The notes beneath the pieces are model-generated. The model was not told where the DNA came from. It did no database searches and saw nothing but the letters and a program-made list of their open reading frames with translations. Below are positions 24,608 to 34,221 of a stretch of 40,847 nt of DNA, one piece after another (position 1 is the first letter of the stretch; each line of letters starts with the position of its first letter). Where the stretch lies: UHGV virus genome UHGV-0390358. One strand, given 5' to 3'. The position numbers and the translations under genes are program-made. Source of the stretch: a virus.

Positions 24608-25034
24608 AACGCTGAGAGCACTTAGCCTGTTAAGGCGCCACACTTTGTCTCGGCTCCATAAATGCTCTCATCGTTGTACCCTCGTCTCTTCCGAGGCGTC
24701 ACACCGAATCGCCGGGATGGTGAATCCCCGTGCGCGGAATAAAACCGCTCGACTTGCACATTCCGGCTACCTGGTTCGTTTGCCCGAGCAAGGGAGGGTG
24801 CCCCTTAAACGTATCCAGACCGCTATCGGCGCATGTGCCATACGCCGTACTGCTCAAAATAAAAGCTCACTCCACCTGTTCAATTTAACGACAAGCCAGT
24901 CAGGTTAGTAACCGGAATGAACTCTTTGGTTACCTGAAAGGTAATAATTTGTGCGTTAAATGTCAACTATCTACGATAAATAAATCATATGTGGTTAAAT
25001 TGGTAATAATTTAATTGCGTACGGAGTCATTGAT

Positions 25035-25241
25035 ATGTGCATGGGTAGCTCACCATCAGTGCCTGCAACACCAGAAGTTCAGGCAGCACCACAGGAGCAG
25101 GATGCCGCCGTTGTTGATGCCCGCGACGAAGAAACACGTCGCCGTCGCGCTGCTGCTGGTCGTAGTTCTACGCTGCTTACCGGTTCTCAGGGCGACACAT
25201 CAACCGCTAATACCAGCGGTAAAACGCTGCTTGGTCAGTAA
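25035..25241 (+). CDS. Small low-complexity virion protein (T7 gp7.3-like composition)
   Basis: GGAG ribosome-binding site; 68 aa, Ala/Arg/Ser/Thr-rich; immediately upstream of portal. Confidence 0.45.
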   Translation: MCMGSSPSVPATPEVQAAPQEQDAAVVDARDEETRRRRAAAGRSSTLLTGSQGDTSTANTSGKTLLGQ

Positions 25242-25255
25242 CCGGAGTCATTGAA

Positions 25256-26935
25256 ATGGCGGAAACAACTAAAGAGCGATTGAACAAACAGTTCGCACAA
25301 CTTGAAAGCGAGCGTCAGTCGTTCGAGCCGCACTGGCGCGAGTTGAGTGATTACATCAACCCGCGTGGTTCCCGCTTTCTGACTTCTGAGGTTAACCGTA
25401 ACGATCGACGCAATACACGCATTATTGATTCGACCGGGACTATGGCGGCGCGCACTCTTGCCAGCGGCATGATGTCAGGCATAACAAGCCCCGCCCGTCC
25501 GTGGTTTCGCCTGGCTACGCCAGATCCTGAAATGATGGATTATGGCCCTGTTAAGTTGTGGCTTGAGGCGGTGCAGAACCGCATGAACGATATGTTCAAT
25601 AAGTCGAATCTCTATCAGTCGCTGCCGCAGTTATACGGAAGCCTCGGCACATACAGCACTGGTGCAATGGCAGTGCTGGAGGATGACGAGGACATCATTC
25701 GCACAATGCCATTCCCGATAGGCAGTTACTACCTGGCTAACTCACCTCGTGGCAGTGTGGACACCTGTTTTCGCAAGTTCTCTATGACTGTTCGTCAGCT
25801 TGTTCAGGAGTTCGGGCTAAATAACGTCAGCGAATCCGTAAAAAGCATGTGGGAAAGCGGCACCTACGAGAAGTGGATTGAAGTGATGCATTCGGTTTAC
25901 CCGAACATTGACCGCGATACATCGAAGCTGGATAGCAAGAACAAGCCATTCAAATCGGTTTATTACGAGGTTGGTGGCGATAACGACAAGTTGTTGCGTG
26001 AGTCCGGATTCGATGAGTTTCCAATTATGGCTCCGCGCTGGGAAGTTAACGGCGAAGATGTTTATGGATCATCATGCCCGGGTATGCTGGCGCTTGGACC
26101 TGTTAAGGCATTGCAGCTTCTCCAGAAGCGCAAGTCGCAGTTGATTGATAAAGCCACCAATCCGCCGATGGTTGCTCCGACTTCCCTCAAGAATCAGCGT
26201 GCCTCCCTTCTTCCTGGCGACATCACGTATATCGATCAGATTACTGGTCAGGATGGTTTCAGGCCTGCTTATCTGGTTAACCCCAGTACAGCAGATTTGG
26301 TGGCAGACATTCAGGACACTCGTCAAATCATTAACAGCGCCTACTTTGTCGATCTGTTCATGATGTTGCAGAACATCAATACCCGCTCGATGCCTGTTGA
26401 AGCGGTGATCGAAATGAAAGAAGAAAAACTTCTGATGTTGGGGCCGGTTCTGGAGCGTCTGAACGACGAATGTCTTAATCCTCTCATTGACCGCTCTTTC
26501 TCGATGATGGTGCGTAAAAACATGCTGCCGCCACCGCCAGACGTGATGGAAGGTATGCCCCTGAAGGTCGAATACATTTCCGTCATGGCTCAGGCGCAGA
26601 AGTCTATCGGCCTGTCCAGTCTGGCGTCCACGGTTAACTTCATTGGTCAACTTGCGCAAGCGAAACCAGAAGCTCTCGACAAACTCAACGTTGATCAGGC
26701 GATCGATGCATTCGCTGATATGTCCGGAGTGTCTCCAACCGTCATTGTTCCGCAGGAACAGGTTGAGCAGGCTCGCCAGCAACGGGCACAGCAACAACAG
26801 CAGCAACAAATGATGGCGATGGGGATGGCGGCGGCACAGGGTGCCAAGACGCTAAGCGAAGCTAAAACTTCGGATCCGAGTGTTTTGTCAGCTATGGCGA
26901 ATGCAGTTAGTGGTCAGGGTGGGCAATCACAATGA
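25256..26935 (+). CDS. Portal (head-to-tail connector) protein, T7 gp8-like
   Basis: 559 aa; position after terminase; Gln/Met/Ala-rich C-terminus QQQQQQMMAMGMAAAQG as in T7-type portals. Confidence 0.8.
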   Translation: MAETTKERLNKQFAQLESERQSFEPHWRELSDYINPRGSRFLTSEVNRNDRRNTRIIDSTGTMAARTLASGMMSGITSPARPWFRLATPDPEMMDYGPVKLWLEAVQNRMNDMFNKSNLYQSLPQLYGSLGTYSTGAMAVLEDDEDIIRTMPFPIGSYYLANSPRGSVDTCFRKFSMTVRQLVQEFGLNNVSESVKSMWESGTYEKWIEVMHSVYPNIDRDTSKLDSKNKPFKSVYYEVGGDNDKLLRESGFDEFPIMAPRWEVNGEDVYGSSCPGMLALGPVKALQLLQKRKSQLIDKATNPPMVAPTSLKNQRASLLPGDITYIDQITGQDGFRPAYLVNPSTADLVADIQDTRQIINSAYFVDLFMMLQNINTRSMPVEAVIEMKEEKLLMLGPVLERLNDECLNPLIDRSFSMMVRKNMLPPPPDVMEGMPLKVEYISVMAQAQKSIGLSSLASTVNFIGQLAQAKPEALDKLNVDQAIDAFADMSGVSPTVIVPQEQVEQARQQRAQQQQQQQMMAMGMAAAQGAKTLSEAKTSDPSVLSAMANAVSGQGGQSQ

Positions 26936-27228
26936 CAGATTACGAAGATGATCAACTGAAAGAAGAAAACGCCCGTAAGCAACGTGACATGGCACAGCGT
27001 GAAATTGATGACATTCGCTTTGTCATGAGCAGTGAACAGGGGCGTCGCGTTGTCTGGTCGGTGCTGGAGAAAGGCCGTGTGTTTTCCGCTATCTCACCGA
27101 TGGACGCTATGGCAATGGCATTTAATGAGGGGCAACGCAATCTGGCGCTGGAACTGTTTCAGCGCGTTATGGCGCATTGCCCTGAACAGTATTTGAAGAT
27201 GGCCAAAGAGGCCAGTGAACAGGAGTGA
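26932..27228 (+). CDS. Hypothetical protein (98 aa) between portal and scaffold
   Basis: ATG overlaps portal stop; unassigned. Confidence 0.4.
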   Translation: MTDYEDDQLKEENARKQRDMAQREIDDIRFVMSSEQGRRVVWSVLEKGRVFSAISPMDAMAMAFNEGQRNLALELFQRVMAHCPEQYLKMAKEASEQE

Positions 27229-27230
27229 TC

Positions 27231-27926
27231 ATGAATTTATTTGAGCGTTTGATGTATCGCCGTCTTTGCAATGAGCAACCAGTCGATGGTGGAGCAGCTC
27301 CGGCTGCGTCAGAACCGTCAGCGCCTGCAGGTGATAACCCTGCTCCAGTTGGTGATCCATCACAACAGGAAGGTGATAAGCCACAACCTGTTGCTGATGG
27401 CGATAAACCTGCTGATGACAAAAAGCCTGAAAACGATAAGCAGGATGAAAAAAAGGACGGCGATAAACCAGAGGGGGCGCCTGAAAAGTACGAGTTTCAG
27501 GCTGCCGAAGGCGTAGAGCTGGATACAGAAGCGTTGAAGGAATTCGAGCCGGTGGCGCGAGAACTAAACCTGACCAACGAGCAAGCGCAAAAGCTGGTTG
27601 ATGCTTATCCGAAGATTCTGGCAGGTGTGCAGCAGCGCCAGGAAGAAGCCTGGCAGAAAACAACCGAGCAGTGGGCTGCTGATGTAAAAGCTGACAAAGA
27701 AATCGGTGGCGACAAGTTGATTTCTAACCTTAGCGCCGCACAGCGTGCGCTTGAACAGTTCGGGACACCCGAGCTCAAAGAATATCTGAACACCACCGGA
27801 CTGGGTAATCACCCTGATCTGGTCAAAACGTTCGTGAAAATCGGAAAGGCGATGTCTGAAGATGGCATGGTCACCGGTGGTAATGAAGGCCAGCGTAGTG
27901 CGGCCGAAGTGCTCTATGGCAAATAA
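27231..27926 (+). CDS. Scaffolding protein
   Basis: AGGAG ribosome-binding site; acidic, low-complexity Pro/Asp/Lys-rich N-terminus and helical C-terminus; directly upstream of major capsid gene. Confidence 0.6.
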   Translation: MNLFERLMYRRLCNEQPVDGGAAPAASEPSAPAGDNPAPVGDPSQQEGDKPQPVADGDKPADDKKPENDKQDEKKDGDKPEGAPEKYEFQAAEGVELDTEALKEFEPVARELNLTNEQAQKLVDAYPKILAGVQQRQEEAWQKTTEQWAADVKADKEIGGDKLISNLSAAQRALEQFGTPELKEYLNTTGLGNHPDLVKTFVKIGKAMSEDGMVTGGNEGQRSAAEVLYGK

Positions 27927-27940
27927 GAGAGGAAATGACA

Positions 27941-28927
27941 ATGGCTGTTAAAGGCTTAATTGCGCTGACGCTGGCAGACTGGGGTAAGCGCGTCGATCCT
28001 AATGGGAAAATCGATAAAATTACCGAACTTCTCAGTCAAACGAATCCGATTCTGGAAGACATGCTGATTGTTGAAGGCAACCTTCCAACCGGACACCGCA
28101 CCACCATTCGTTCTGGTTTACCTTCAGCTACCTGGCGTTTGCTGAACTATGGCGTACAGCCAAGCAAATCAACCACAGTGCAGGTAACCGATTCCGTGGG
28201 CATGCTGGAAACCTATGCTGAAGTCGATAAGTCACTGGCTGATCTGAACGGCAATACCGCCGAATTCCGCCTGTCTGAAGACCGCGCATTTATTGAAGCG
28301 ATGAATCAGCAGATGGCGCAGACGCTGTTTTATGGTGATTCCAGCGTTAACCCTCAGCAGTTTATGGGACTGTCCTCCCGCTATTCCAGCCTGTCTGCGG
28401 GTAATGCTCAGAACATCATTGATGCTGGTGGCACGGGTACAGATAACACCTCAATCTGGTTAGTGGTGTGGGGCGAAAACACCGTGCATGGCATCTTCCC
28501 GAAAGGGCAGAAGGCTGGCATCCAGATGGAAGATAAAGGCCAGGTGACACTGGAAGATGCTAATGGCGGCAAGTACGAAGGCTATCGCACCCATTACAAA
28601 TGGGATAACGGACTTGCTCTGCGTGACTGGCGTTATGTTGTTCGCATTGCAAACATCGATGTCAGCAATCTTTCAGAACCATCCTCTGCCGCAAATATTG
28701 CGAAGTTGATGGTTAAAGCACTACATCGCATTCCAAACCGTGGCATGGGCCGCCCGGTGTTCTACATGAACCGCACTGTAGGCCAGGCTCTTGATCTGCA
28801 GTCTCTGGAGAAAACATCTCTGGCTATCAGCGTAAAAGAGACAGAAGGCGAGTGGTGGACTTCATTCCGTGGTGTACCAATCCGTGAAACTGATGCGCTT
28901 CTGGAAACAGAAGCCCGCGTGGTGTAA
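27941..28927 (+). CDS. Major capsid protein
   Basis: About 329 aa following scaffold, GAGAGG ribosome-binding site; position and size; alternative start at 27935. Confidence 0.7.
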   Translation: MAVKGLIALTLADWGKRVDPNGKIDKITELLSQTNPILEDMLIVEGNLPTGHRTTIRSGLPSATWRLLNYGVQPSKSTTVQVTDSVGMLETYAEVDKSLADLNGNTAEFRLSEDRAFIEAMNQQMAQTLFYGDSSVNPQQFMGLSSRYSSLSAGNAQNIIDAGGTGTDNTSIWLVVWGENTVHGIFPKGQKAGIQMEDKGQVTLEDANGGKYEGYRTHYKWDNGLALRDWRYVVRIANIDVSNLSEPSSAANIAKLMVKALHRIPNRGMGRPVFYMNRTVGQALDLQSLEKTSLAISVKETEGEWWTSFRGVPIRETDALLETEARVV

Positions 28928-28978
28928 CGCCTGTTATTAACCTGTGGGTCGTAACAGACCCACTAATGGAGAAAGAAG

Positions 28979-29416
28979 ATGATCACCGACAAACTGTTGA
29001 TGTTCTCCGAAGCTCAGGCGGTTACGAATACCGCGGCTTCTACTGACGTAATCGATCTCGGTCCAATTGACGGAAAACGTCGTGATATCGGCGTGGGTTA
29101 CCCGCTTGAGTTTTGGGCGCTGGTTAACACAGCCGCCGCAGCAAGCGGTGATGCAACTGTAAACATCCAGTTGCAGACGAGTGAGAATAACAGCTCATGG
29201 ACCACTATTTATGATAGTGGCGCACTGGCAAAGACCGCCCTGACAGCAGGTAAACGAGTTGTTTCTGCAAAGGTGCCTGCCGGTGTTCAGCGATATCTGC
29301 GTGTTAACTACTCCGTCGCAACTGGCCCACTAACGGCTGGCGAATTCACTGCTGGTATCAGTCTTGATGTTGATGCCAATACGCCGTATCCGATCCGCTC
29401 AAAAGTAACTGGTTAA
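28979..29416 (+). CDS. Hypothetical virion protein (possible capsid decoration or head-tail protein)
   Basis: Ribosome-binding site GGAGAAAG; 145 aa; follows a strong hairpin after the capsid gene. Confidence 0.4.
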   Translation: MITDKLLMFSEAQAVTNTAASTDVIDLGPIDGKRRDIGVGYPLEFWALVNTAAAASGDATVNIQLQTSENNSSWTTIYDSGALAKTALTAGKRVVSAKVPAGVQRYLRVNYSVATGPLTAGEFTAGISLDVDANTPYPIRSKVTG

Positions 29417-29426
29417 GGTGATATCG

Positions 29427-29762
29427 ATGTCAGGTGAGAAACCAAGATACCGCGTTCTGCGCCTCTCTCATATCCATAACACTCTGTGGCCGGAGGGGGC
29501 AGAAATCGAATACGAAGGTGAGCCTGGTAGCGCACTGGAACCTGTTAACGATGCAGCCAGACAGGCAAAAGCAAAAGTTGCAGGAAAGGTGTCAATGGCA
29601 GCAACCAGCACCAAAATCATCAACGACGTGTCAGATGATGGTGAACTGGATAAGCTCCGTGAAGAGTACGAATTGCTCTTTAACGAGAAGCCACACCATA
29701 ACGCCAAAGCCGAAACGCTCCGCGAGAAGATCGCAGATAAGCGTAAAGAACTGGGCGTGTAA
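29427..29762 (+). CDS. Hypothetical structural-module protein
   Basis: ATG at 29427 after AAGG; 111 aa. Confidence 0.4.
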   Translation: MSGEKPRYRVLRLSHIHNTLWPEGAEIEYEGEPGSALEPVNDAARQAKAKVAGKVSMAATSTKIINDVSDDGELDKLREEYELLFNEKPHHNAKAETLREKIADKRKELGV

Positions 29763-29779
29763 GCCTCGCGGATCAGACA

Positions 29780-29800
29780 AGGGGCTTCGGCCCCTTTATT
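29780..29800 (+). terminator. Rho-independent terminator within structural module
   Basis: AGGGGC-ttcg-GCCCCT followed by TTATT. Confidence 0.5.
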
Positions 29801-29812
29801 GCAGGAGTGTAT

Positions 29813-30136
29813 ATGGAACTCGTAAACCTCAAAACCGGCACTGACAGCTACCAGGATGAGAGCGGAGAAACCAGAACTCGCGATGAATACCCGTGGGGGC
29901 TGTGCATCACTCTTAATAACGACACATTGAATAAGCTGAAGGCGCAACCTCAGGGCGTCGGAACAGAAGTGATGATAACTGCAAAGGCTGTTATTCGAGG
30001 CCTGTCTGCCAGAGAAACTGACGATGGTGTTAATCGCAGCGCCGATCTGCAGATCACTGATATGGCGATCGCTCCTGTTTCCGGGGATGTAGAAAAATCA
30101 GCGGCTGAAACTCTGTACGGTAACGGAGGTGAGTGA
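29813..30136 (+). CDS. Hypothetical structural-module protein
   Basis: AGGAG ribosome-binding site 5 nt upstream of ATG 29813. Confidence 0.4.
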   Translation: MELVNLKTGTDSYQDESGETRTRDEYPWGLCITLNNDTLNKLKAQPQGVGTEVMITAKAVIRGLSARETDDGVNRSADLQITDMAIAPVSGDVEKSAAETLYGNGGE

Positions 30137-30741
30137 TGGCCTCTGTAGTAGAGATCTGTAATCGTGCGCTGTCCAATATTGGCAACAGCCGCAGCATTAA
30201 CAGCCTGACGGAAGCCAGCAAGGAAGCGGGGGAATGTTCGCTGCACTTTGAGGCCTGCCGTGATGCTGTGCTTTCTGATTTTGACTGGAACTTTGCTACC
30301 AAACGCGTGGCGCTTGCAGATACGAGCAATCCACCGCCTGACTGGGAATATGCGTACCAGTACCCGTCAGATTGTCTGCGCATTACTGAAATTATGCTTC
30401 CTGGTGTACGCAATCCAACAGCAGCAATGCGCGTTCAGTACGAAGTTGGTGCAGACACCAACGGAACAGGAAAGTTGATCTACACAGACCAGCCTCAGGC
30501 ATGGCTCAAGTATGTCTCTCGCGTTACAGATGTGAACATGTTTGATGCCATTTTTATGGAGGCGCTGGCCTGGCGTCTTGCGGCAGCTATTAACATGGCG
30601 CTGACTGGGAATGCAGACCTCGGTACGTTTGCCCTCAATATGTACAATCGCGTGATTCTTAGTGCTGGCTCGCATAGCCAGAATGAATCACAGGAACCAC
30701 AGCCACCGGTTGATGAGTTTACCATTGCGAGGTTGTCCTGA
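30136..30741 (+). CDS. Head-tail adaptor / tail tubular protein A (T7 gp11-like)
   Basis: About 201 aa; N-terminal ...VEICNRALSNIG... resembles gp11-type adaptor N-termini; immediately upstream of the gp12-like gene. Confidence 0.5.
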   Translation: MASVVEICNRALSNIGNSRSINSLTEASKEAGECSLHFEACRDAVLSDFDWNFATKRVALADTSNPPPDWEYAYQYPSDCLRITEIMLPGVRNPTAAMRVQYEVGADTNGTGKLIYTDQPQAWLKYVSRVTDVNMFDAIFMEALAWRLAAAINMALTGNADLGTFALNMYNRVILSAGSHSQNESQEPQPPVDEFTIARLS

Positions 30742-33212
30742 TGGCTATCAGTTGGATCCAGCCCAGCTTTGCTGGTGGTGAGATTGGACCGTCGTTGTAC
30801 GGACGTATCGACATGGCGAAGTACCAGGTGGCATTGCGCAAGTGCGATAATTTTATCGTGCGGCAGTATGGCGGCGTTGAGAATCGACCTGGTACGCGTT
30901 TTGTCGGTGCCGCCAAATACCCAAATCGGAAATGCCGTCTGATCCCGTTCCAGTTCTCGACGGTTCAGACTTATGCTCTGGAGTTCGGACACCAGTACAT
31001 GCGCGTTATCAAAGATGGTGCGTTGGTGCTGAACAGCAGCAATGTTATTTATGAAATTGCCACGCCATATACTGAAGCCGATCTGTTCCGAATTAAATTC
31101 ACGCAAAGTGCCGACGTGCTTACGCTGGTTCACCCGGCATACCCGCCGAAAGAGTTGCGCCGATATGCTCATGACAACTGGCAACTGGTTGATGTGGTAA
31201 CGAAGAACGGGCCATTTGAAGATATCAATATTGACGAGTCAGTGACGGTTTATGCCAGCGCCAGCACCGGGACAATTACGTTAACGGCAAGCGCCTCTAT
31301 TTTTGGCGCGGAGCAGGTAGGCAAATTGTTCTATCTGGAACAGCCTGCAGTGGATTCAGTGCCGGTATGGGAAACCAGTAAGAGTACGTCGATTGGCGAT
31401 ATTCGCCGTGCAGACAGTAACTACTATCGCGCCGTTACAGCAGGCAAAACAGGCACTTTGCGCCCTTCGCATACAGAAGGCACATCATGGGATGGCTGGG
31501 GCGGATCCGGTGATGATGATACCGGCATTGAGTGGGAGTATCTGCACAGTGGTTTTGGCATTGCCCGTATCTCTGCTGCAAATGGAACTACTGCAACTGC
31601 CGAGGTGATTTCCTATATCCCTTCGCAGGTAGTTGGCGAGGATAATGCCAGCTATAAATGGGCTAAATATGCCTGGAACAGTATTAACGGTTATCCTGGC
31701 ACTGTTGTTTATTATCAACAACGTCTTTACTTCGCCGCATCGACTGCGTTCCCTCAGACTATCTGGGCCAGCCGTACTGGGGATTATAAGGATTTTGGCA
31801 AAAGCAATCCTACGCAGGATGACGACAGAATTATCTACACCTATGCCGGGCGTCAGGTTAATGAGATCCGCCACCTGATTGATGTCGGTTCGCTGGTGGC
31901 GCTGACTTCCGGAGGTGAGTACGTCATCACCGGCGACCAGAACAAAGTGTTAACCCCATCATCATTTGCATTCAGCTCTCAGGGATCAAATGGCTCGAGC
32001 AATGTCCCACCAATTGCCGTGGCGAATATTGCTCTGTTCGTCCAGGAGAAAGGCAGTGTTGTCCGTGATCTGGCCTACTCATTCGATGTTGACGGCTATC
32101 AGGGGAACGACCTGACCATCCTTGCCAATCATCTTTTTCAGAAGCACAGCATTGTTGACTGGTGCTTCTCGATAGTCCCTTACTCCAGCGCCTTCTGCAT
32201 TCGTGATGACGGTAAATTACTGGTGATGACCTATTTGCGTGATCAGCAGGTTTTTGCATGGGCACCACAATCCAGTACTGGAAAATATGAAAGCACATGC
32301 AGTATCAGCGAAGGCAATGAAGATGCGGTGTATTTCGTCGTTAACCGAACCGTTAACGGGCAAACAGTGAGATACATCGAGCGACTGTCCAGCCGTTTAT
32401 TTACCAGCGATGAAGATGCTTTCTTTGTTGATTCTGGCCTTAGCTATGATGGAAGAAATACGTCTGACAGAACGATGATCATCACTGGTGGTTCTGGCGA
32501 ATGGGATTACCGCGCGGAATATACAATCAGTGTTTCTGGTGGTGCGTACTTCACCAGTAGTGATGTCGGCGCGCAACTACAGTTCCCTTATACCGGAACT
32601 GATCCTGATACTGGCGATGAGGTGTCAAAAGAATTACGTTGCGACATTATTTCTGTAACCAGCAATACCGCTGTAGTGGTTCGTGCTAACAGGAACGTCC
32701 CGCCATCCCTCAGGAATGTGGCCACCACGAACTGGCAGATGGCGCGCCGGACATTTGGAGGCCTGTCTCATCTTGAAGGCCAGACCGTAAACATTCTCTC
32801 TGATGCGAACGTGGAACCACAGAAAGTGGTTTCCGGAGGTGCCGTCACGCTGGAATCTCCGGGGGCTGTAGTGCACATCGGCCTGCCAATAACTGCTGAA
32901 TTCGAAACACTGGATATCAACATTAACGGACAGGAAACGCTACTGGACAAAAAACAGGTGATCCCCTCCGTTACTCTGGTTGTGAATGCCAGTCGCGGCA
33001 TCTGGGCGACTACGCCCGGCGGTAAATGGTACGAATATCCACAGCGTGAATTCGAGTTCTACGATGATCCTGTTGATGATGCTACCGGAAAAGTAGAAGT
33101 GAAACTGGACAGTAACTGGGGCAAAAACGGACGTGCAAAAATCCGTCAGCTTGATCCGTTGCCGCTGTCTGTTCTTGCCGTTATTCCTCGCCTTACTGTT
33201 GGGGGGTTCTGA
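30741..33212 (+). CDS. Tail tubular protein B / nozzle (T7 gp12-like)
   Basis: 823 aa; N-terminus MAISWIQPSFAGGEIGP resembles T7 gp12 start; position. Confidence 0.6.
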   Translation: MAISWIQPSFAGGEIGPSLYGRIDMAKYQVALRKCDNFIVRQYGGVENRPGTRFVGAAKYPNRKCRLIPFQFSTVQTYALEFGHQYMRVIKDGALVLNSSNVIYEIATPYTEADLFRIKFTQSADVLTLVHPAYPPKELRRYAHDNWQLVDVVTKNGPFEDINIDESVTVYASASTGTITLTASASIFGAEQVGKLFYLEQPAVDSVPVWETSKSTSIGDIRRADSNYYRAVTAGKTGTLRPSHTEGTSWDGWGGSGDDDTGIEWEYLHSGFGIARISAANGTTATAEVISYIPSQVVGEDNASYKWAKYAWNSINGYPGTVVYYQQRLYFAASTAFPQTIWASRTGDYKDFGKSNPTQDDDRIIYTYAGRQVNEIRHLIDVGSLVALTSGGEYVITGDQNKVLTPSSFAFSSQGSNGSSNVPPIAVANIALFVQEKGSVVRDLAYSFDVDGYQGNDLTILANHLFQKHSIVDWCFSIVPYSSAFCIRDDGKLLVMTYLRDQQVFAWAPQSSTGKYESTCSISEGNEDAVYFVVNRTVNGQTVRYIERLSSRLFTSDEDAFFVDSGLSYDGRNTSDRTMIITGGSGEWDYRAEYTISVSGGAYFTSSDVGAQLQFPYTGTDPDTGDEVSKELRCDIISVTSNTAVVVRANRNVPPSLRNVATTNWQMARRTFGGLSHLEGQTVNILSDANVEPQKVVSGGAVTLESPGAVVHIGLPITAEFETLDININGQETLLDKKQVIPSVTLVVNASRGIWATTPGGKWYEYPQREFEFYDDPVDDATGKVEVKLDSNWGKNGRAKIRQLDPLPLSVLAVIPRLTVGGF

Positions 33213-33676
33213 TGATCGATGTTCAAATTATTCCCGCAACCGAAGAGCATCTTCAGATGATTTTGCCGGATGTTCGTCAGGCTGATATTGACGAACTGTA
33301 TGCGGTATCACTGATGACTACCGAAGATGCGCTGCGTGTTGGTCTGCGTACTGCGACTATGGCCTGGTCAGGATTTGCGAACGGAGAACTGGTAACCATG
33401 TTTGGCGTATCTCCGGCGTCAATGATCGGTGGCAATGGTACGCCCTGGCTGGTCGGAACCAGCCGTATCGAAAAATATCAGAAGACATTTCTTCGCCACT
33501 GCCGCCCTGTATTGCAGCAGATGCTGGCAGTTTATCCGCGCCTGGAAAACTATGTCGATGAGCGAAACCATGTTGCCAAAGCATGGCTGCACTGGCTTGG
33601 ATTCAGGCTTGAAGAAGCCGCGCCTTATGGTGCTCTTGGTCTTAATTTCCACAGATTTCACATGGAGAGAAAATAA
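33212..33676 (+). CDS. Internal virion protein (gp13-like position)
   Basis: 154 aa, start overlaps previous stop. Confidence 0.4.
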   Translation: MIDVQIIPATEEHLQMILPDVRQADIDELYAVSLMTTEDALRVGLRTATMAWSGFANGELVTMFGVSPASMIGGNGTPWLVGTSRIEKYQKTFLRHCRPVLQQMLAVYPRLENYVDERNHVAKAWLHWLGFRLEEAAPYGALGLNFHRFHMERK

Positions 33677-34221
33677 TGTGCGATCCGGTTATTGCTGGTG
33701 GCGCAATGCTCGCCATGAGTGGCATTCAGGCATACACCCAGTACCAACAGGGAAAGTATGCCTCGAAGGTTGCAGAAGCGAACGCAGATATAGCCACAGC
33801 TCAGGCAAATGATGCAATAAACAGAGGTAACGCTGAAGCTGAGCAACGGCGCAGAGAGACCCGACAGCGGCTTGGTACACAGGCGGCGACAATGGGGGCT
33901 ACCGGCGCTGATTTATCTACAGGTAACGCGCTGGATATATTTGGCGACACTGCCCAGTTTGGCGCTCTTGATTCTCTGACGACGGTGAATAACGCGCAAC
34001 GCGAGGCTTACGGTTATCAGGTTCAGGCTGCCAACTATAAAGCAGAAGCCAGTTCAGCCCGTAAACAGGGGAATGTGGGAGCAGCAACAACATTGCTCAC
34101 TGCGCCTCTGAAGGCATACGGTGCGTACCAGATGTTTGGTGGGACGTGGAGTCCGTTTACTCAAAGCACCCCTGCGCCAATCGGGGCAGCAGCAGGAACC
34201 AGATTACCCGGAGGATTATAA
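33676..34221 (+). CDS. Internal virion protein (gp14-like position)
   Basis: 181 aa, Ala/Gln-rich. Confidence 0.4.
   Translation: MCDPVIAGGAMLAMSGIQAYTQYQQGKYASKVAEANADIATAQANDAINRGNAEAEQRRRETRQRLGTQAATMGATGADLSTGNALDIFGDTAQFGALDSLTTVNNAQREAYGYQVQAANYKAEASSARKQGNVGAATTLLTAPLKAYGAYQMFGGTWSPFTQSTPAPIGAAAGTRLPGGL

Noticed and set aside
24350-24908. Plus-strand ORFs 24350..24601 and 24645..24908
   Set aside because: The first overlaps the tRNA and its terminator, the second lies in the structured non-coding region; neither has a ribosome-binding site or protein-like composition.
26072-26809. 245-aa minus-strand ORF
   Set aside because: Antisense to and wholly inside the portal gene; likewise 22219..22725 inside TerL and 30495..31184 inside the gp12-like gene. 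These are typical antisense artefacts of long genes.
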